Assembly (NCBI RefSeq): GCF_000940845.1
Contig: NZ_CP010341.1
Span: 2,220,001 to 2,252,000 of the forward strand
Reading direction: 5' to 3'
Origin: Propionibacterium freudenreichii subsp. freudenreichii
GTDB taxonomy: Bacteria; Actinomycetota; Actinomycetes; Propionibacteriales; Propionibacteriaceae
DNA: 32,000 bases
The notes under the pieces were generated by a model. That model did not search any database. It saw nothing but the letters and a program-made list of their open reading frames with translations, and was not told the DNA's origin. The position numbers were made by a program, and so were the translations under genes. Numbering within the stretch: the stretch's first letter is position 1; each line of letters starts with the position of its first letter. Below are positions 6,976-14,808 of the stretch, one piece after another.

Positions 6976-7719
6976 TCATCCCAGGTAGCGCGAGGCGATT
7001 CCCACGAAGATGGGCACGACCCCGGCCAGGATGAAGGCAGGCAGGAAGCACGCCATCATCGGCCCCACGGACTTGACTGCCATCGTGCGGGCCTTCTTGT
7101 TCAGATGGTCGCGGTGGGCCTCGCGGGTCCTGGTGGCATGCAGGTGAATCGTGTCAGCCACCGCCTCACCGGTGCGGGCGCTGCGTGCCAGGTCGCGGGC
7201 CGTGCTGCCCCAGACCGGATCGTCGGCCAGGCTCTGCCAGGCCTCGGCCTCGCTGAAGCCCACGCGCAGGTGCGCGTCCACCTCACGCAGCACCGAGGCG
7301 GAGGGTTCAGGGGCCAGCGCCGCCACCTCGCCGGCTGCCCGCCGCAGGGGTGATCCGGCTTCCTGTGCGGCCGCAATCAGGTCCAGCACCTCGGGTTGCT
7401 GGCCCAGCAGCGCCTCGCGTCGGGCCCGGGTGGCCCCACTCTCCAACCGCGCCAGCACGTAGTAGGCGGCGACGGCTCCTGCGGCACCGACGGCCAGGCC
7501 CCAGGGCATGGGGACCAGCAGCGCGGACACCAGCGCGACGGCCACCGACCCGATGATCCGCTGACGCTGCCCGAGGCCCTGCGTGGGGACCTCCTCGACG
7601 CTGCCCACCAGCGCATCGGGCGCGCCGAGGCGGCGCAGCCGGGAGTCCTCGTCGCCGCCGAACAGGCAGTACCCGGCGACGAGCAGGGCGAGCCCTGCGA
7701 CCACGGCCGGGCTGATCAT
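6976..7719 (-). CDS. tadC: Type II secretion system F-family membrane protein (TadC-like, Rv3657c-like)
   Basis: Hydrophobic N- and C-terminal segments flank a soluble helical domain. ATG 7719 overlaps the tadB stop (ATGA at 7716-7719). The ORF-track extension to 7800 overlaps tadB and is unlikely. Confidence 0.7.
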   Translation of the reverse strand: MISPAVVAGLALLVAGYCLFGGDEDSRLRRLGAPDALVGSVEEVPTQGLGQRQRIIGSVAVALVSALLVPMPWGLAVGAAGAVAAYYVLARLESGATRARREALLGQQPEVLDLIAAAQEAGSPLRRAAGEVAALAPEPSASVLREVDAHLRVGFSEAEAWQSLADDPVWGSTARDLARSARTGEAVADTIHLHATRTREAHRDHLNKKARTMAVKSVGPMMACFLPAFILAGVVPIFVGIASRYLG

Positions 7720-8513
7720 CGGTGCTCCTGGGCTCGCGTTGCCAACAGTTCGGTCCACACCAGTCCGGCGCACACCAGCACCACCGCACCGACCAGGCAC
7801 GCCTTGCCGATCATGGTGGTGGTGAGGAATGCCACCGGGTCGCCGCCGGAGACGAATCCCATGCCGATACCCAGCAGTGGCAGCGCCGTCAGCAACCGTC
7901 CGGTGGCACGCGGCACCGCGAGCTCGGCGGCGATATCGGCACGCAGGCGGGCATCACCATCGACCGTCTGCGACACCCGGGTGGCCGCCGGGGCCAGCGG
8001 ACTGCCGGACCGCTCACACAGCTTCCAGGCCCGTCCCAGGGCGGCCAGCCCCGAGCAACCCGGGAGGTCACCGGCCGCCATCAGCGTGCGGGGCACGTCG
8101 GCACCCACCTGCTGGGCTGCCCGGCATCCCGCCAACACCTCGCATTCCTCGGCGGCCACGGCGAGCGCCTGGGCCGGTGTCTGCCCGATGCGCAGTTGTG
8201 CCGACATCACGCGGCAGGCGTGGGCCACCTCCTGCGACCTCTTGATGGCTGATCGCTCGGCGCGGTGCATGCGCAGTTCCCAGGCGAGGGTGGCACCCAG
8301 CACGCAGGCGATGAGCCCCCACGCCACATAGTGGGGCACGAAGGCCAGGCAGGCTCCCAGCAGGCCCAGCACGGCCAGGACGCCTAGCACGATGCCAGGC
8401 CACCGGGGCAGCGGCCTGGCATCAAGATCAAGGCCGGCGAGCCTCTTCTCCTGCCGTGCCGGCACCAACAGCCACACGGCCGCGGCCAGCGCCACGAAGA
8501 TGGCGACGTTCAT
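7716..8513 (-). CDS. tadB: Type II secretion system F-family membrane protein (TadB-like, Rv3658c-like)
   Basis: Membrane protein located between tadA and tadC, with an ATGA overlap with the tadA stop (8510-8513). Confidence 0.7.
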   Translation of the reverse strand: MNVAIFVALAAAVWLLVPARQEKRLAGLDLDARPLPRWPGIVLGVLAVLGLLGACLAFVPHYVAWGLIACVLGATLAWELRMHRAERSAIKRSQEVAHACRVMSAQLRIGQTPAQALAVAAEECEVLAGCRAAQQVGADVPRTLMAAGDLPGCSGLAALGRAWKLCERSGSPLAPAATRVSQTVDGDARLRADIAAELAVPRATGRLLTALPLLGIGMGFVSGGDPVAFLTTTMIGKACLVGAVVLVCAGLVWTELLATRAQEHR

Positions 8514-9661
8514 GGCGTCACCCCCGCCAGGGCGGCGAGCTCACCCCAGGCCGGCGCCGGGACGGACCCGGCTCCCGGGGCCCCGCGCAGCGCCTCGGCG
8601 ATGGAGACCCGGCCGTCGTCGTTGACGCTCACCACGCCGATCTGCGCAACGCCGCGACGCCCATCGCGTCCGCGCCGCAGGTGGATGACGGCGTCGAGCG
8701 CGGAGGCCATCTGGGCATGGCACGCCTCGCGACCCATGCCACCCAGGGCAGCCAGGGCCTCCAGGCGGGCAGGCACGTCGGTGACGGAGTTGGCGTGCAC
8801 CGTGCCGCATCCGCCCTCGTGGCCGGTGTTCATGGCGGTGAGCAGATCGCACAGCTCGGGACCGCGGACCTCGCCGACCACCAGGCGATCGGGGCGCATC
8901 CGCAGTGCCTGCTTGACCAGGTCGGTCATCGCCACAGATCCGACGCCCTCGGCGTTCGCGGGGCGACATTCCATGCGCACCACGTGGTCGTGGGTCGGAT
9001 TCAACTCGCGTGAGTCCTCGACGATCACGATCCGCTCACTGTCGGGCACCAATCCGAGCAGCATGCCCAGGATGGTGGTCTTCCCTGTGCCGGTACCCCC
9101 GGTGACCAGGTAGGCGGCGCGGTTGGCCACCAGCCCCTGCAGCACGTCGGCGATGCGCGCGTCGATGCTGCCGTCTGTGGTGAGCTGATCGAGGGTCATC
9201 CGGCGCCGGGCCGGCACGCGCAGCGAGATACAGGTGCCCGGCTCTGCCAGGCAGGCCAGCACGGTGTGCAGCCGGGTGCCGTCGGGCAGCCGGGCGTCCA
9301 CCCAGGGTGCGGCGTCGTCGAGCCGGCGACCCGCGGAGGCCGCCAGGCGGGTGGCCAATCGGCGCACCTCGTCGTCGCTGTCAAAGCACACCTGGGTCCT
9401 CTCCAGGCCGCGTCCCCGGTCGATGAACACCTGGTCGGCGCCGTTGACGAGCACATCGGTGACGTCAGGCAGGTTGAGCAGCGGCTCAAGGGGACCGGCT
9501 CCGACGCTGGTGCGCCGCAACGCGTCGGTGGCGGACAACACAGCGGCATCGGAGACGACGAAGCCGAGCCGGTCAAGCCCCACGGCCACGTCCTGGGGTC
9601 CCCAGTCGCTGCCGCGCCCGGCCAGCCAGCCGCGCAGCAGTTCAAGGTCATCGTCGCGCAC
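8510..9661 (-). CDS. tadA: TadA/CpaF-family secretion ATPase (Rv3659c-like)
   Basis: Walker A VTGGTGTGKTT, IVIVEDSRE (Asp box / Walker B region), GEVRGPE and NTGHEGGCGTVHAN (His box). Confidence 0.9.
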   Translation of the reverse strand: MRDDDLELLRGWLAGRGSDWGPQDVAVGLDRLGFVVSDAAVLSATDALRRTSVGAGPLEPLLNLPDVTDVLVNGADQVFIDRGRGLERTQVCFDSDDEVRRLATRLAASAGRRLDDAAPWVDARLPDGTRLHTVLACLAEPGTCISLRVPARRRMTLDQLTTDGSIDARIADVLQGLVANRAAYLVTGGTGTGKTTILGMLLGLVPDSERIVIVEDSRELNPTHDHVVRMECRPANAEGVGSVAMTDLVKQALRMRPDRLVVGEVRGPELCDLLTAMNTGHEGGCGTVHANSVTDVPARLEALAALGGMGREACHAQMASALDAVIHLRRGRDGRRGVAQIGVVSVNDDGRVSIAEALRGAPGAGSVPAPAWGELAALAGVTP

Positions 9662-11060
9662 GGGACTCCCCCTCGATCCTGCCGAGCACGGCGTCGAGCA
9701 GGGCGTCGACCTGCTTGGCGAACCTGCCGGCCCGCTGGCGTCCGGGCGGCTCGCCCACCTGTGCCCCGCTCACCAGCCGACGATCGGTGCAGATGCTGCC
9801 GGCCAGCGGCAGCGCCAGGCAGTCGGCCACCGCCCTCGGGTCGAGCCCCATGCCGGGCCCGGTGCGCACCACCACCTGCGCGTCGCCCCAACTGTGTTGA
9901 AGGGTCCGTGCGCGGGCAGCCATCACGGCGCGCACATGACCGGCCACGACGACCACGCGCGTCGCATTCTCGGCACCCGGCCAGTTCTGGGGGTTGGGAT
10001 CGTCGAGCACCACCACGTCGAGATTGCGGCACATCGAGTCGAGCACTGCCCGCACCGCGGCCGCACCCGGAAGCTGCGGACCGGCGTGGTCTGCGCCGGG
10101 GCGACCCATCGACAACACCGGAAAGCCGCCAACCCGGGGCAGCCGGGCGGCGATGTCGTTCACCGTGCCCGACACCGAGGTCAGGTCGTCCCAGCGCCAT
10201 CCGGGCTCGCGTTCGGCGCCGAACATGAGGTCGAGGCCCCCGCCGCAGGGGTCGAGGTCGATCAGGGCCGATCGGGCGTTCCGGGCGGAGCATCGCTGGG
10301 CCAGTGCCGCGGCCAGGGTAGTGGCCCCCACCCCACCGCTGCCGCCCATCACGTCGATGACCGTGGCCCTGCCGCCGGGGCCGGGGTCTGCCTGTCCCAG
10401 CACGGCGGGCAGGCAACCTGCCTGGTCGGGAAGCACCAGCACGGCCGCGCTGAGGGGTACCGACCACGCCGTCACCTCCGCGGCGTCGGCGGCCATCAGG
10501 TGCACGGCGGTGCGGGGAGCCAGCCCGAGCCCGGCGACGACCGGCGCCATCTCGACGCCGACCAACACCGTGGACGCGCGCGCCCACCACCGTCGGATGT
10601 CGTCGGGCTCGCGCACGAAGCGCGGATCGGTGCCGCACGATGCGGCGGCCGACATGACGATGTCCATGAGCCGACGGTCCTGGCAGACGACCAACGGGAA
10701 CGGCCCCTCCCCACCGGGCATCCCCCGACGGGAGCTTCCGGCTCCGCGGGTGGATCGCCCGGGGACCATCGCTCCGAGTCGTTGGCGCTCCAGATCGGGG
10801 TTGTCGCCCGCCGGGTGCGTGCCACCCCGCAGGAGGCGGGGGCCTCGCCGGACCGGGCCCTGCGGCACGACGGGGCGATGTCCCATCGTGCCGGGCGTCG
10901 CACCGTGTCCCGCCGCGCTGTATTCCATCGCGGTGGGCTCCACCCCGTTGGCCGCCACGGGGAGGACGGCCGGGTCGTGCGACGGCCTACCCCACGGCTT
11001 GGGGTTGGGCAGATCCTTGGGCGATCGCATGCGCCTGGGCTCGCGGCGGGAGTCGTTCAT
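9648..11060 (-). CDS. ssd: Ssd/CpaE-like ParA-family ATPase (helicase/secretion-neighbourhood CpaE-like, Rv3660c-like) with a possible disordered N-terminal extension
   Basis: The core is PLVVCQDRRLMDIVMSAAASCG...VIDVMGGSGGVGATTLAAALA (deviant Walker A)...LIDLDPCGGGLDL. The frame keeps very high third-position GC up to ATG 11060 and loses it beyond. Alternative starts are ATG 10721 (MPGGEGPFPLVV) and others. The ORF-track start 11540 is rejected. There is a 14-nt overlap with tadA. Confidence 0.7.
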   Translation of the reverse strand: MNDSRREPRRMRSPKDLPNPKPWGRPSHDPAVLPVAANGVEPTAMEYSAAGHGATPGTMGHRPVVPQGPVRRGPRLLRGGTHPAGDNPDLERQRLGAMVPGRSTRGAGSSRRGMPGGEGPFPLVVCQDRRLMDIVMSAAASCGTDPRFVREPDDIRRWWARASTVLVGVEMAPVVAGLGLAPRTAVHLMAADAAEVTAWSVPLSAAVLVLPDQAGCLPAVLGQADPGPGGRATVIDVMGGSGGVGATTLAAALAQRCSARNARSALIDLDPCGGGLDLMFGAEREPGWRWDDLTSVSGTVNDIAARLPRVGGFPVLSMGRPGADHAGPQLPGAAAVRAVLDSMCRNLDVVVLDDPNPQNWPGAENATRVVVVAGHVRAVMAARARTLQHSWGDAQVVVRTGPGMGLDPRAVADCLALPLAGSICTDRRLVSGAQVGEPPGRQRAGRFAKQVDALLDAVLGRIEGESRARR

Positions 11061-11061
11061 A

Positions 11062-11257
11062 CCTATGAGCGTGTGCGTGGACACCACGAAATATCGCGCC
11101 ACCTCCACGTTGTGGATAACCAATCCCCGGAACAGCGGCACCTGTGGACAAGCGCGTCCGGGCCGGCGCGCGCCCACAATTCCAGCAAGAACCACGAGCA
11201 GCCGGCAGCGACAGACCGCTTGAACCTCGACCGAAGGGAGACCACCACGCTCATAGG
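11062..11257. repeat. 12-bp inverted repeat CCTATGAGCGTG / CACGCTCATAGG bracketing the divergent ssd-methyltransferase intergenic region
   Basis: The left arm 11062-11073 sits immediately after the putative ssd start codon (11060). The right arm 11246-11257 lies 8 nt before ATG 11266. Confidence 0.7.
11111..11151 (-). promoter_or_regulatory. Two consensus DnaA boxes in the same orientation (TTATCCACA and TTGTCCACA on the minus strand)
   Basis: tgtggataa at 11111-11119 and tgtggacaa at 11143-11151 are exact matches to the E. coli and actinobacterial 9-mer consensus respectively. Confidence 0.5.
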
Positions 11258-11265
11258 ATGGGTAC

Positions 11266-12015
11266 ATGTCTTCCGGTGCCCCTCGATTCCCCGACGCTGC
11301 GCTGGAATGGCTGGTCGGCGAGCGCACCGACCGCCATGTGCTCACACTTGGCCCCGGAGCGGGGCTGCCCCGCAAGCTGGCCCGCCGCGGACAGCATGTG
11401 TGGTGCATCGTCGACGATGACCACGACCTCAACCCGAGGCCTGATCTCCCCGAGCTGCAGTATGTGGTGGCGCGCCCCGAGTCCCTGCCCTTCGAGCCGT
11501 GCCAGTTCGACGTGGTGCTCGCCCACCAGATACTGCACAAGTTGGCGCCGGGGCTGGTGCTTGGCGAGTTCGCCCGCGTCCTGAAGCCGGGGGGATGGGT
11601 GGGCGCCTCCTACCTGGTGCGTGACGATTCCGTGCCGTGGGTGCGACGCCTGGTGGCCGTGATGCGCACCGTGGATCCCAATGCGATGAGCGCCGATGTG
11701 GGGGCCAGCGCCATTCAGACGCTGATCTCGAGCAAGTACTTCCCGCGCCATGAGCAGCGGGACTTCCGCATCTGGGTGCCGGTGACGCGCCAGGAACTGA
11801 TCGCGATGGCCGCCAGCCAGCCGCGCGTCGCGGCACTACCGGAGCTCGGGCGTGACCGCCTGCTCACCGCGGTGGGCGCAATCTACGACGGGGCGTCGGC
11901 AGGATCAGAGCTGCGGTTGCCCTACCAGCTGTCGTGCTACCGCGCCTACGTCGACCACGACGAGCTGACCACGCCCATCGTGCTCAGCGATGATGCGCTC
12001 ATCATTCCGCTCTAG
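11266..12015 (+). CDS. Class I SAM-dependent methyltransferase
   Basis: VLTLGPGAG (motif I GxGxG), FDVVLAHQILHKL, VLKPGGWVG (post-I/II motifs typical of Methyltransf_11-like proteins). Confidence 0.8.
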   Translation: MSSGAPRFPDAALEWLVGERTDRHVLTLGPGAGLPRKLARRGQHVWCIVDDDHDLNPRPDLPELQYVVARPESLPFEPCQFDVVLAHQILHKLAPGLVLGEFARVLKPGGWVGASYLVRDDSVPWVRRLVAVMRTVDPNAMSADVGASAIQTLISSKYFPRHEQRDFRIWVPVTRQELIAMAASQPRVAALPELGRDRLLTAVGAIYDGASAGSELRLPYQLSCYRAYVDHDELTTPIVLSDDALIIPL

Positions 12016-12086
12016 CGGAAGGATCATCGGCACAGCATCCGCTGTAGCGGAAGGATCATTGGCACCGTATTCCGCTCTAGCGGCAC
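12003..12086. repeat. About 32-bp direct repeat (2.6 copies), each carrying the palindrome CCGCT-N2-AGCGG
   Basis: cattccgctctagcggaaggatcatcggcac (12003), catccgctgtagcggaaggatcattggcac (12036), tattccgctctagcggcac (12068). The first copy contains the methyltransferase stop codon (12013-12015). Confidence 0.8.
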
Positions 12087-12318
12087 GCACCTCGTGCACT
12101 GCGCCCACTCCCGGCGGGACGCTCAACGCCATCACATCCCGTGACTGCTGGAGGGACCATCAGCTCGGCACTCCGCCCGCGGGCAGGACCCGCCGCGTCC
12201 GGGGACCCTTCCCCCACCGTCTAAACTGATCCACGGTGTGTCGGGAAGTCTGGTCGACGAACAAGAGCTGACGCCGACCCTGTCGGCGGGCTGAGTCGTC
12301 CAGCACGAAAGCGAATCG

Positions 12319-13542
12319 ATGCCCACATCACCCACTCGGAACACCCACTGGTGGCCGCGCCTGCGCGCGCCGCGTCGCCACTCCCACGCCAACGCCCTGC
12401 ACCTCGCGGATGCCCTGCGCACCTCGACGGTGGGCGGCCTCATCATGCTGGCCGCCGCCGCGGTCGCCATCGTCTGGGCATGCCTGTCGCAGTCCAGCTA
12501 CCACGGCTTCACCCAATTCCAGCTGGGTTCGCACACGCTCGCCGGCTGGGTGAGCGACGGCCTGCTCACGGTGTTCTTCTTCGTGGCGGGGCTGGAACTG
12601 AAGCGGGAGTTCACCGAGGGGAGCCTGCGTCGTCCGGTCGACGCCGTGGTGCCCATCGTCGCCGCCGCGGCCGGGATGATCGTGCCGGCCGGCTGCTACC
12701 TGCTCGTCAACGTGTTGGGGCACGGTGAGCTGCGTGGCTGGACCATTCCGATGGCCACCGATATCGCCTTCGCCCTGGCGGTGCTGGCGATCGCCGGAAA
12801 ATCGATGCCCCCCTCACTGCGGGCCTTCCTGCTCACCCTGGCGGTGGTCGACGACCTCGGCTCGATCCTGGTGATCGCCGTGGTGTTCACCGACACGATC
12901 TCGTGGGGTTGGCTGGCCGGCTCACTGGCCGCGATGGCCCTGTGGTGGCTGGGCCAACGCCGCCACATCGACAACGGCTGGCTCTACCTCCCACTGGGCG
13001 CGCTCGCCTGGTGGTGCATGCTCAATTCCGGCATCCATCCCACCTTGGCCGGCGTCGCCGTCGGGCTGCTCACGCGCAACACCGCCGAGGGCATGGACGA
13101 GCCCCTCGACCGCTGGAAGGCCACCGTCGAACCGTGGTCGGCCGGACTCGTGGTGCCACTGTTCGCCCTTGTCAGCGCCGGAGTGCATGTGGACGCCAGC
13201 CTGCTGCGCGCCATCTGGACCCAGCCGGTGGCACTCGGCATCCTGGCGGGCCTGGTGGTGGGCAAGCCGCTCGGCATCCTGGCCGGCACGATGCTGACGG
13301 TGCGTCATTCACCGGCCGAGCTGGGACGTGGACTCGGCGGACGCGATGTGGTGGCCGCCGGGCAACTCGGCGGCGTCGGCCTGACCATCTCGCTGCTCAT
13401 GTGCGAGCTGTGCTTCGCCGACAACGCCCAGTTGCTCGATGAGGCGAAGGCCGCGGTGCTGCTGGCCAGCGTGATCTCGGCGGTCCTGGCCTCGGTGCTG
13501 CTGCGGCGCAGGGTGCGGGCCCACCGAGCGGCGGACGCCTGA
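12319..13542 (+). CDS. nhaA: Na+/H+ antiporter NhaA
   Basis: LLTVFFFVAGLELKRE, PMATDIAFALAVLA and LLTLAVVDDLGSILVIAVVF are NhaA family signatures, including the paired Asp of the DD motif. Confidence 0.9.
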   Translation: MPTSPTRNTHWWPRLRAPRRHSHANALHLADALRTSTVGGLIMLAAAAVAIVWACLSQSSYHGFTQFQLGSHTLAGWVSDGLLTVFFFVAGLELKREFTEGSLRRPVDAVVPIVAAAAGMIVPAGCYLLVNVLGHGELRGWTIPMATDIAFALAVLAIAGKSMPPSLRAFLLTLAVVDDLGSILVIAVVFTDTISWGWLAGSLAAMALWWLGQRRHIDNGWLYLPLGALAWWCMLNSGIHPTLAGVAVGLLTRNTAEGMDEPLDRWKATVEPWSAGLVVPLFALVSAGVHVDASLLRAIWTQPVALGILAGLVVGKPLGILAGTMLTVRHSPAELGRGLGGRDVVAAGQLGGVGLTISLLMCELCFADNAQLLDEAKAAVLLASVISAVLASVLLRRRVRAHRAADA

Positions 13543-13876
13543 CGGTCGCGCGTCACCCCACCCGACACCGGGCCCACTGCGCCCTCGCCCCCGTCAGCCG
13601 TCGCGCCCATCAGGCATCGCCCCGTCAACCATCGGCCCATCAACGACCACACCTGCCACTGCCACGGCTGCCCCGGCCACCGTCGAGCCGGCGTCGGCAC
13701 GGCATCACCGGGAAAGCCCACAACAATTCGTTGCCGCCGCAACCTGCAGATGTTGGGCATCGGCCTGCGCGAAACCACCCCCATTGTCACCACGGCAATG
13801 GCCGGGTGATTCACTGAAGTACCGCGAAACCACTAGTCTCTATCTAGCCGGTACCTGTGATTACGGAGGAATGAGC

Positions 13877-14350
13877 ATGTCAGATCGTCCACGCCTGGGT
13901 GACCAGATCGCCACCATCAAGGGCGCTATCCCCAAGATGATCGCGGGTATCAAGGAGCTGGCGAAGGCCGAGCTCGTGCCGTCCGCAAAGCACGCGGGCA
14001 TTGGCGGCGGGCTCTTCGGCGGCGCCGGAGCCTCGGCGTTCTTCGCCTTCAAGTGCCTGCTGTGGGCCGCCACCTTCGGTGTGGCGAACTTCTACCACTA
14101 CGTGGCCGGGCGTGACTGGTTCACCGCCCTGGCCCTTGCCTTCGTCACCTTCGCGGTGATCGCGCTGGTGCTGGCCGCCGTCATGGGACTGATCGGCTGG
14201 CTGCAGGTGAAGAAGGTCAAGATGCCCACGGCCACCATCGAGGAGACCAAGGCGAGCATCTCGGCGCTCAGCTCGTCGGTGACCGCCGGCCTCGACGACG
14301 TGAAGGCCGAGGACGAGGCCCGCAAGAACCCCCTCGCCCAGGTTCACTGA
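13877..14350 (+). CDS. Actinobacterial holin-X-like membrane protein (DUF1469 / Phage_holin_3_6 family)
   Basis: AKAELVPSAKHAGIGGGLFGGAGASAFFAF followed by two TM helices and a charged C-terminus matches this family as I recall it. GGAGGA lies 6-7 nt upstream of ATG 13877; ATG 13871 and the track start 13784 are less likely. Confidence 0.7.
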   Translation: MSDRPRLGDQIATIKGAIPKMIAGIKELAKAELVPSAKHAGIGGGLFGGAGASAFFAFKCLLWAATFGVANFYHYVAGRDWFTALALAFVTFAVIALVLAAVMGLIGWLQVKKVKMPTATIEETKASISALSSSVTAGLDDVKAEDEARKNPLAQVH

Positions 14351-14370
14351 TTCCGGCTACCCAATTTTCT

Positions 14371-14417
14371 GATGTGGGCCCCGCACTGGTCGCGACGACC
14401 GGAGCGGGGCCCACATC
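14371..14417 (+). terminator. Long compound hairpin after the holin-like gene (14-bp outer stem plus inner 5-bp stem)
   Basis: gatgtgggccccgc (14371-84) pairs with gcggggcccacatc (14404-17); the inner stem is ggtcg-cga-cgacc. There is no U-tract (I-shaped type). Confidence 0.5.
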
Positions 14418-14465
14418 ATTGCGTGCCAACCCCGGCCGCACCTGATCGACCTGAAAGAAGAGACG

Positions 14466-14693
14466 ATGCATGACCTCATCGACCACGTGATGAGTAACCC
14501 CCTGCTGGCTCTCGGCACCATCGTGGCCGCCTTCGGGCTCGTCGTGGGCGTCCTCGGCGCAATCATCGGCGCGGTACGCCTGGCCCTGAAACGCGGCTTC
14601 TATGCCGGCCCGGCACGGGCACTGCTGATTGCGGGCTTCGTCCTCTTCGTCCCCGGCGTGGTGCTCATGGGCGCCTACGCCATCCTCAAGTAG
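14466..14693 (+). CDS. Small two-TM membrane protein, unknown function
   Basis: 75-aa ORF with two hydrophobic helices (LLALGTIVAAFGLVVGVLGAIIGAV; LLIAGFVLFVPGVVLMGAY), a purine-rich AAGAAGAGA stretch upstream, and coding-like third-position GC. Confidence 0.5.
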   Translation: MHDLIDHVMSNPLLALGTIVAAFGLVVGVLGAIIGAVRLALKRGFYAGPARALLIAGFVLFVPGVVLMGAYAILK

Positions 14694-14808
14694 CGGCCCG
14701 GGCAACGCCCTGCGCCGCGGCGTCACCATGCTCCGCGCACGACCCACTGGGGCAGTCCGCGCCGGGACTCCCCCGGTCAGGCTCCGCCCGGCCCGAACCC
14801 CGTCGCGG

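Noticed and set aside
10722-11265. Expected 6C small RNA upstream of the ssd homologue (in M. tuberculosis, as I recall, 6C/B11 lies next to Rv3660c)
   Set aside because: I looked on both strands for two hairpins with C-rich loops and found none. Much of the region has a coding-like third-position bias instead. A covariance-model scan (Rfam 6C) would be the decisive test.
9234-11420. 728-aa plus-strand ORF and several other long ORFs overlapping tadA/ssd
   Set aside because: The composition is Arg/Pro/Ala/Gly-rich and non-protein-like. The opposite strand encodes tadA (Walker A, His box) and the CpaE-like ATPase.
13597-13656. Degenerate 15-bp periodicity (gcccatcaggcatcg-like) downstream of nhaA
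   Set aside because: The copies are too divergent to distinguish from compositional bias (a C-rich strand), and no associated structure or ORF was seen.
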